Origin: Nitrosococcus oceani ATCC 19707 | Lineage (GTDB): Bacteria; Pseudomonadota; Gammaproteobacteria; Nitrosococcales; Nitrosococcaceae | Direction of reading: 5' to 3' | Assembly (NCBI RefSeq): GCF_000012805.1 | Contig: NC_007484.1 | Coordinates: 2,700,001-2,732,000 of the forward strand | Length of the DNA stretch: 32,000 nt | In this document: in pieces, positions 25,674 to 32,000 of the stretch | Layout: every line of letters starts with the position of its first letter | How positions within the stretch are numbered: the stretch's first letter is position 1 | Translations under genes and position numbers: made by a program | Notes under the pieces: model-generated | What the model saw: only the letters and a program-made list of their open reading frames with translations | The model's database searches: none | Told to the model about the DNA's origin: nothing

Positions 25674-26063
25674 CTACAAAAGCCAGGGGAAAGGAGTCTT
25701 GCTACGGGCAACCCAAACCATATAAGTAAATAAAATCATAGCGATACATCCCGCGCCAATCCGGACAGACCGGGTCCGGCCATACTTCAGGGCAATACTG
25801 CCAAAAACAATATACCCGATCAGTGCAAGAATTTTCGCTGTAAGCCAGTCATTAACGAAGGGGTATTGGTGGAGCACAAGCGTCAAACCAATGGCGCTTG
25901 CTAATAACACCGTGTCTACAATAGGGGGGACAAGGCGCACCCAGCGTCGTTGTAAATAATGGGAAGAAGAAAGCATCCATAAGCCACGCCCAACAAATAA
26001 CACCAAAGTGGTAACTACACTCGTGAGGTGGATATATTTAAGCGTTAAGTATACAGTCATCAT
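25674..26063 (-). CDS. SirB2/YchQ-family small inner-membrane protein
   Basis: 129 aa with four predicted TM helices. The pattern LKYIHLTSVV ... FVGRGLWML ... LQRRWVRLVPPIVDTVLLASAIGL ... QYPFVNDWLTAKILALIGYIVFGSIALKYGRTR matches the SirB2 (invasion gene expression up-regulator SirB) family as I remember it. Confidence 0.7.
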   Translation of the reverse strand: MMTVYLTLKYIHLTSVVTTLVLFVGRGLWMLSSSHYLQRRWVRLVPPIVDTVLLASAIGLTLVLHQYPFVNDWLTAKILALIGYIVFGSIALKYGRTRSVRIGAGCIAMILFTYMVWVARSKTPFPWLL

Positions 26064-26232
26064 TATCCAGCGAAGTTTTTCATATATTTTTAAAGAGGAT
26101 TCCCTATTTTCCTATTAAAACCATTGTATTGCCGCTTTAAAGGTCTTAAATAAGCTATTCCCGTTACCATTATAACGCTCCTCCGGTCCGAGCATTTTTT
26201 GTTGCCCCCTTAAACACTGCCCGGTTACAAAG

Positions 26233-28485
26233 GTGCCTCTCCAATTCTTGAACGCCATGGAACAGCATATAACACCATCCGAAAAGAAAAGTAGTCAGCG
26301 AGCCAAATATATGGCTGCTTTACTCCGATATTTGCTCAAAAAATTTTACCGAGTCCAAATCAACGGCTTAGAGCATTATCAAGAGGCTGGCCCCCGAGTA
26401 TTATTAGCCGCCAACCATGTCTCCTTTCTCGATCCATTGCTCCTGGCAATGTTTCTCCCCCAGGACTCGGTCTTTGCCGTCCCCCCTCAGCTTGCCCGCA
26501 GTCGCTGGCTACGCCCCTGGCTCAAACTGCTACCTACTTTTCCTTTAGATCTCGCTGATCCCACGGCTCCAAAAGAGTTACTCAAACGCCTCAAAAAACA
26601 CCATAAGGTCATTCTTTTTCCTGAAGGACGGATGAGCATGACGGGTTCGATGATGAAAATTTACCCCGGTCTAGGGTGGGCTGCCTGTAAAGCCGGAGCA
26701 ACGGTACTGCCAATACGGATCGAAGGTGCTGAAGACACACCCTTTTCCCGCATGCCCGGCCGCCGCAAGTGGTTCCCTTCCATTACTATTACTCTGCTGC
26801 CACCCCAGGACTTTACCTTACCACCCCAACTTTCCAGCCGGGAACGGCGCAAGCAGGCAGAAGCCCGGCTATTTGAGGCCATGGCAAAGATAAAGCTCTC
26901 AAATGGTCATTACCGCCAGACTATTTTTGATGCCTTGCTGGCGGCCCGCCAAGTCCATGGCGGAAAATTTCGAATTGCACAGGACCTAGAGCGCCAGCCG
27001 ATACGCTACAATCAGCTAATACGACGGGCTTTTCTGTTAGGCGCCGTGCTTACGCGGGACACCCAGCCAGGCGAATATGTCGGCATACTGCTGCCTAATA
27101 CTTTAAACACCGCGATACTCTTTTTTGCCTTGCACAGCCAAGGGCGAATACCTGCCATGTTGAACTTCACCAGTGGCGTTAGCGGCCTTTCGGCGGCCCT
27201 TGAGGCAAGTGGTATCCGGACTGTCTATACTTCACGGCGCTTTATCGAAGCTGCTGAATTACAGTCTATAGAAAAAGCCCTAACTTCTAAGGTTCAGTTA
27301 ATTTACTTAGAAGACTTACGTCAGCACATCGGCCCTTGGAAATTTCTGCAAGCTACCGTGCGCGCCCATTTCGCCCGTGCTACCTACCACCGCACAGTGC
27401 CCCAAACGGCCCCCGATGATCCGGCCGTGATTTTATTTACCTCGGGCTCTGAAGGAATGCCCAAGGGTGTGGTGCTTTCCCACATCAACCTTCTGGCCAA
27501 TATTCAACAAATCGCAAGTCGGATCGATTTTACGAGAGAAGACCTGGTTTTTAATGCCCTGCCTGTCTTCCACGCCTTTGGGTTAACGGCGGGAACCCTC
27601 TTGCCTCTCCTTGGCGGCACCCGTTTATTTTTATATCCCTCGCCACTTCACTACCGAGCGATTCCCGAAGCCGCCTACCAGACCGACGCTACTATCTTAT
27701 TTGGCACCAATACCTTCCTCGCCGGCTATGGCCAACATGCCCATCCTTACGACTTTTATAGCATACGCTACGTATTTGCAGGAGCGGAAAAATTGCAGGA
27801 ACCCACGCGCCGGCTATGGGCCGAGAAATTCGGGGTACGCATTTTTGAAGGCTACGGCGTTACGGAGACCAGCCCAGTATTAGCTGTTAATACTCCCGTT
27901 GATCACCGCTCAGGCACGGTGGGGAAACTAGTGCCTGGAATTCAATACCATATTGAGCCAGTAGCGGGCATTCACCAGGGAGGGCGCTTGGAAGTGTATG
28001 GCCCCAATGTCATGCTCGGCTATTTATTACATCAGGCCCCAGGGCAGTTACAACCGCCCCAAACTCCCCGTGGCAAAGGCTGGTACGATACCGGGGATAT
28101 TGTCAGTATCGACGAAGAGGGTTATTTGACCATCCGTGGGCGCGCTAAGCGTTTTGCCAAAATTGCGGGTGAGATGGTTTCCCTTACCACGGTAGAAATG
28201 CTGGCCGCCACCGTCTGGCCAGACGTATGCCATGCTGCCATTTCCCTACCAGACGCTAAAAAGGGAGAAATGCTGATACTGTTAACCGAGCAAAGAGGAG
28301 CTGAACGCCGCCCTCTACTGCTCCAGGCAAAGGCAGAGGGACTCAGCGAACTCAACGTGCCGCGCCGGATTTTAGTGGTAGAAAAAATTCCCCTCCTGGC
28401 CAGCGGCAAAGTCGATTACACCAGTGCTCAACGACAAGCAGAGCAGCAACTACCGCAGTTAGAAGAAACGCAGCTAAACAGCTGA
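26233..28485 (+). CDS. aas: Bifunctional Aas-like protein: lysophospholipid acyltransferase (PlsC domain) + acyl-ACP synthetase (AMP-binding domain)
   Basis: 750 aa. The N-terminal acyltransferase motifs are NHVSFLD (HX4D) and FPEGRMS. The C-terminal adenylate-forming motifs are LFTSGSEGMPKGVVLSH, GYGVTETSP and YDTGDIV ... GRAKRFAKIAGEMVS. The domain order matches E. coli Aas. The start is uncertain: GTG 26233, ATG 26257 and ATG 26311 all lack a clear Shine-Dalgarno sequence. Confidence 0.85.
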   Translation: MPLQFLNAMEQHITPSEKKSSQRAKYMAALLRYLLKKFYRVQINGLEHYQEAGPRVLLAANHVSFLDPLLLAMFLPQDSVFAVPPQLARSRWLRPWLKLLPTFPLDLADPTAPKELLKRLKKHHKVILFPEGRMSMTGSMMKIYPGLGWAACKAGATVLPIRIEGAEDTPFSRMPGRRKWFPSITITLLPPQDFTLPPQLSSRERRKQAEARLFEAMAKIKLSNGHYRQTIFDALLAARQVHGGKFRIAQDLERQPIRYNQLIRRAFLLGAVLTRDTQPGEYVGILLPNTLNTAILFFALHSQGRIPAMLNFTSGVSGLSAALEASGIRTVYTSRRFIEAAELQSIEKALTSKVQLIYLEDLRQHIGPWKFLQATVRAHFARATYHRTVPQTAPDDPAVILFTSGSEGMPKGVVLSHINLLANIQQIASRIDFTREDLVFNALPVFHAFGLTAGTLLPLLGGTRLFLYPSPLHYRAIPEAAYQTDATILFGTNTFLAGYGQHAHPYDFYSIRYVFAGAEKLQEPTRRLWAEKFGVRIFEGYGVTETSPVLAVNTPVDHRSGTVGKLVPGIQYHIEPVAGIHQGGRLEVYGPNVMLGYLLHQAPGQLQPPQTPRGKGWYDTGDIVSIDEEGYLTIRGRAKRFAKIAGEMVSLTTVEMLAATVWPDVCHAAISLPDAKKGEMLILLTEQRGAERRPLLLQAKAEGLSELNVPRRILVVEKIPLLASGKVDYTSAQRQAEQQLPQLEETQLNS

Positions 28486-28551
28486 AGTTTAGAGGCTGCG
28501 AGTAGGAAAGAGCGTACTCCCCATTTAAAGGGGGTCTGCTATTCTGGAGAC

Positions 28552-28589
28552 GAAGTTTGACGCCGGCAAAAATGCTGGCGTCAAACTTC
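28552..28589. terminator. Long hairpin between the convergent aas and clpB genes (probable bidirectional terminator or REP-like element)
   Basis: GAAGTTTGACGCCGGC (28552-28567) pairs with GCTGGCGTCAAACTTC (28574-28589): a 16-bp stem with one G-T pair and a 6-nt loop AAAAAT. No U-tract follows on either strand. Confidence 0.55.
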
Positions 28590-28639
28590 CAGGCTTCACC
28601 GAACTCCCTCAGTCCCTCTTCCCCTGGTGCAGAATTAGG

Positions 28640-31237
28640 TTAGGCCACGGATACTGCCCTTGCCTCTCTCTTAAAAATAAATTGATCGCCATCAACCCCC
28701 ACCTCAATGGAATCCCCAGGCTCAAACTTGCCAGCGAGAATCTCCTGGGCTAAGGGATTTTCGATCCGTTGCTGGATCGCCCGCTTCAGGGGTCTGGCCC
28801 CATAAACTGGATCGAACCCCGCCTCCGCCAGTTTGCTCAATGCTTCTTCGGGAATCGTTAACACCATCTCCCGCTGCGCCAGCCGCTGCTGGAGATAACC
28901 GATCTGGATTTGGGCAATGGCCTGAAGCTGCGCTTTTTGTAAGGGATGAAAGACCACCACATCATCAACCCGGTTAATAAATTCCGGCCGGAAATGCTGT
29001 CCCACAATTTCCATCACTGCACTCTTCATTTCCTGATAACGATCTTCCCCGGCCATTTCCTGGATAACATGGGAGCCGAGATTAGAGGTCATGACCACCA
29101 CGGTATTGCGAAAGTCCACCGTGCGGCCATGACCATCCGTTAGCCGCCCATCGTCCAAGACCTGGAGTAAGATATTAAATACATCCGGATGGGCCTTTTC
29201 TACCTCATCGAGCAAAATTACCGAATAGGGCTTGCGGCGTACCGCCTCGGTCAGATACCCTCCTTCCTCAAAGCCCACATAACCCGGTGGAGCGCCAATC
29301 AAACGGGCTACGGAGTGCCGCTCCATAAACTCAGACATATCAATACGGACCATGGCCTCCTCCGTATCGAACAGGAATGCCGCCAGAGCCTTACAAAGCT
29401 CGGTTTTACCTACCCCCGTAGGCCCTAAAAAGAGAAAGGAACCATTGGGCCGGTTGGGATCGGCAAGCCCAGCCCGGGAGCGGCGAATTGCGTTGCTCAC
29501 TACGGCAACGGCTTCATCTTGACCCACCACGCGCTGGTGAAGCGCCGCTTCCATTTGTAATAATTTCTCCCGCTCGCCTTCCAGCATTTTGGACACCGGA
29601 ATCCCTGTCCATTTGGAAACAACCTCCGCAATTTCCTCTTCCGAGACTTTATTGCGCAACAATTTAAAATCCTGCTGCTCCACCGCCGTGGCGGCATCCA
29701 GCTGCTTTTGCAGCTCTGGGATGCGGCCATATTGCAACTCCGACATCCGGCCTAGATCCCCAGCACGATGGGCAGATTCCAAATCCAATCGGGCCTGCTC
29801 CAGCTGCTCCTTGATCCCTTGGGCGCCACTTAAAGTGGCTTTCTCCGCTTTCCAGATTTCCTCCAAATCCGCATATTCCTTCTCCAACTGGTTCAGCTCG
29901 GTTTCCAAGGTTTCCAGGCGCCTCCTGGAAGCCTCGTCAGTCTCCCTACGGAGGGCTTCCCGTTCAATTTTCAATTGAATCAACCGCCTCTCCAATCGGT
30001 CCATGGGCTCTGGTTTGGAGTCGATTTCCATCCGGATACGGCTGGCGGACTCGTCAATAAGATCAATGGCCTTATCTGGCAGCTTACGATCCGTAATGTA
30101 ACGGTGGGATAAAGTCGCCGCCGCCACAATGGCGGGATCAGTAATTTCTACTCCATGATGAACCTCGTAGCGTTCACTTAGTCCCCGCAGAATAGCGATC
30201 GTATCCTCCACATTGGGCTCATCAACTAGCACTTTTTGGAAACGCCGCTCCAAAGCTGCATCTTTTTCGATGTATCGGCGGTATTCATCCAGGGTCGTCG
30301 CCCCAATACAATGAAGTTCGCCCCGGGCTAAGGCGGGTTTGAGCATATTGCTCGCATCCATGGCTCCTTCCGCTTTGCCTGCTCCCACCACCGTATGGAG
30401 TTCATCAATAAATAAGATAATATTTCCTTCAGCCTTACTAATATCCTTGAGCACAGCCTTGAGGCGCTCTTCGAATTCGCCCCGGAACTTGGCCCCAGCA
30501 ATCAGCGCCCCCATGTCCAAAGCAAGCAGGCGCCTGTTTTTAAGCCCTTCCGGTACTTCGCTATTAATAATACGCTGGGCCAACCCTTCAGCAATCGCAG
30601 TTTTACCCACCCCTGGCTCACCAATTAGCACAGGGTTATTTTTAGTCCGGCGTTGCAACACCTGAATAGTGCGGCGAATCTCATCGTCACGGCCAATGAC
30701 GGGGTCTAGTTTGCCCTGTTCTGCCCGCTCCGTAAGATCAATGGTATAGCGTTCCAAAGCTTGACGTTGATCCTCAGCGCCAGGTTCATTCACTTGTTGG
30801 CCGCCACGAATTGCCTGGATAGCTGCCTCTATACCGACCTTGGTTGCGCCATTTTTACGCAGCAGCTCGCCTACTTGACCTTTATCTTCTACCGCGGCAA
30901 GCACAAATAATTCACTAGAAATATATTGATCCTGGCGCTGCTGGGCCAACTTATCGGTCACATTAAGCAAGCGGGCCAAATCCTGGGAAAGATGGATCTC
31001 TCCAGGAGTCCCCTGCACTTGGGGAAGCTGTTTCAGGGCCTCCCTAAGCTGGGTATGGAGATTATGGACATTCACCCCGGCCTGCATTAGCAGCGGAGGA
31101 ACACTACTCCCTTGCTGCTCTAGCAGGGCGAATATCACATGGAGCGGTTCTAAAAACTGATGATCCTGGCCTACTGCCACACTTTGGGCGTCGGCCAGGG
31201 CTTCCTGAAATTTAGTCGTTAATTTATCCTGTCGCAT
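28640..31237 (-). CDS. clpB: Chaperone/disaggregase ClpB (Hsp104 family)
   Basis: 865 aa, near-colinear with E. coli ClpB as I recall it. It has two AAA+ modules ([10 protein letters not shown] and [10 protein letters not shown]), the coiled-coil M-domain, and the NBD2 stretch [30 protein letters not shown]. Confidence 0.98.
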   Translation of the reverse strand: MRQDKLTTKFQEALADAQSVAVGQDHQFLEPLHVIFALLEQQGSSVPPLLMQAGVNVHNLHTQLREALKQLPQVQGTPGEIHLSQDLARLLNVTDKLAQQRQDQYISSELFVLAAVEDKGQVGELLRKNGATKVGIEAAIQAIRGGQQVNEPGAEDQRQALERYTIDLTERAEQGKLDPVIGRDDEIRRTIQVLQRRTKNNPVLIGEPGVGKTAIAEGLAQRIINSEVPEGLKNRRLLALDMGALIAGAKFRGEFEERLKAVLKDISKAEGNIILFIDELHTVVGAGKAEGAMDASNMLKPALARGELHCIGATTLDEYRRYIEKDAALERRFQKVLVDEPNVEDTIAILRGLSERYEVHHGVEITDPAIVAAATLSHRYITDRKLPDKAIDLIDESASRIRMEIDSKPEPMDRLERRLIQLKIEREALRRETDEASRRRLETLETELNQLEKEYADLEEIWKAEKATLSGAQGIKEQLEQARLDLESAHRAGDLGRMSELQYGRIPELQKQLDAATAVEQQDFKLLRNKVSEEEIAEVVSKWTGIPVSKMLEGEREKLLQMEAALHQRVVGQDEAVAVVSNAIRRSRAGLADPNRPNGSFLFLGPTGVGKTELCKALAAFLFDTEEAMVRIDMSEFMERHSVARLIGAPPGYVGFEEGGYLTEAVRRKPYSVILLDEVEKAHPDVFNILLQVLDDGRLTDGHGRTVDFRNTVVVMTSNLGSHVIQEMAGEDRYQEMKSAVMEIVGQHFRPEFINRVDDVVVFHPLQKAQLQAIAQIQIGYLQQRLAQREMVLTIPEEALSKLAEAGFDPVYGARPLKRAIQQRIENPLAQEILAGKFEPGDSIEVGVDGDQFIFKREARAVSVA

Positions 31238-31280
31238 TAGACAAACCCTCTGGCATCTAATCTCTCATTCTAAGAACTAA

Positions 31281-31308
31281 AGATGGGGGCTGCGCCTGTA
31301 AATTAAAC
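31281..31308 (-). promoter_or_regulatory. Candidate sigma32 (heat-shock) promoter of clpB
   Basis: The minus strand reads GTTTAAT-N13-CCCCATCT against the consensus CTTGAAA-N13-15-CCCCATNT. The -10 element matches fully and the -35 matches 4 of 7. It lies about 45 nt upstream of the clpB ATG. Confidence 0.4.
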
Positions 31309-31320
31309 CCCATCCGCCGC

Positions 31321-32000
31321 CTAAGAAGTTTCCTCCCTCTGGCCTTGTATAGTTTGGGCAACCAACGCTAAACACTCCTCTTGCGATAAGGAGAGACAGG
31401 ATATAGGGGAACTATAACGGAGGAAGACGCGGCTTCGAAGTAGCACCGCTCCCAGAATTCGACCTTCTCCTTTCACCCCTTCAATATGCAGTCCACAGAT
31501 GGGTGCATTAGAACGGACAGCAAGCCAAGCTACCCCTTTTTTGAGAGGGCGAGGCGGGTCCGTATCCAGATGAATTCCTCCCTGGGGGAAAATAACCACG
31601 GCTTCCCCTGCGCGCAGAGCAAGCAAAGCCTGCCGAAGGGCTTTTTCTGGCCGACCGCTGCGATCAACGGGGATACACCCCATGGCGCGGCACAATTTTC
31701 TGAGCCCAAATCGCTGATACTGCTCGCGGGCAATTAAAAACCTTAAGGGCCGGGGACTCGCTGCCACCAAAAGCAGCGGATCTAACCCGGAAACATGGTT
31801 AGCCGCCACCAAGATTCCCCCTTGTAGGGGTAAGGGCAACAAATCAGAGCTAAGATGATGAAAGCGGCGGCAATAAAGACGATTCAAACCATCCAGTCGA
31901 TTCAGCCACCGTCCGCCCCAGTCGACCTCATTAGCCGCCTCACAAGCACGAAGACCCCGGCTCCATCCCCAGCCTGCTGCAACAACCGCTAAAATGAAAA
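31321..32000 (-). CDS. PlsC-family (1-acyl-sn-glycerol-3-phosphate type) acyltransferase, 5-prime end beyond the window
   Basis: It has the HX4D motif NHVSGLD and an IFPQGG block. The track start is a TTG at 31887, but the frame stays open to the window edge. My translation of 31888-31998 is FILAVVAAGWGWSRGLRACEAANEVDWGGRWLNRLDG, which adds the hydrophobic N-terminal segment expected for this family. Confidence 0.75.
   Translation of the reverse strand, partial: FILAVVAAGWGWSRGLRACEAANEVDWGGRWLNRLDGLNRLYCRRFHHLSSDLLPLPLQGGILVAANHVSGLDPLLLVAASPRPLRFLIAREQYQRFGLRKLCRAMGCIPVDRSGRPEKALRQALLALRAGEAVVIFPQGGIHLDTDPPRPLKKGVAWLAVRSNAPICGLHIEGVKGEGRILGAVLLRSRVFLRYSSPISCLSLSQEECLALVAQTIQGQREETS

Noticed and set aside
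1-32000. Searched for mobile elements, CRISPR repeats, tRNA/rRNA, toxin-antitoxin or defence-type gene pairs
   Set aside because: I saw no transposase or integrase-like ORFs, no regularly spaced direct repeats and no tRNA-like cloverleaf candidates. Apart from the small ORFs in the fleQ upstream region, every substantial ORF is accounted for by flagellar or housekeeping functions.

Overview
About 25.5 kb of this window (1-25526) is one polar-flagellum regulon of the Pseudomonas/Vibrio/Legionella type, entirely on the minus strand. In transcription order it reads flgBCDEFGHIJKL, fliC-flaG-fliD-fliS-fliT-like, an 860-bp gap with little coding potential, fleQ, fleR, then fliEFGHI and the start of fliJ. 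The right end holds housekeeping genes: a SirB2/YchQ-like membrane protein, a bifunctional Aas-like acyltransferase/acyl-ACP synthetase (plus strand), clpB, and a PlsC-like acyltransferase that runs off the window. By eye I located two sigma54 promoters with correct spacing (upstream of flgB and fleR), a near-consensus sigma28 promoter for fliC, a sigma32-like promoter for clpB, and several hairpins and palindromes. I saw no tRNA, rRNA, CRISPR array, transposase, integrase or defence-type genes. I do not see a convincing new multi-gene system. The points most worth a second look are: (1) fleQ and fleR are adjacent with no room for the usual FleS/FlrB kinase gene, and the FleR receiver has substituted phospho-pocket residues; (2) the unexplained 860-bp region directly upstream of the master regulator fleQ, which carries only small ORFs and strong dyad/hairpin elements; (3) an unusual 202-bp flgH-flgI spacer with a perfect 16-bp palindrome; (4) a long, structured fliC leader with dyad elements upstream of its promoter. 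flgA, flgM and flgN, which often lie next to flgB, are absent from this window. All homology calls come from reading the translated ORFs. No database search was run.
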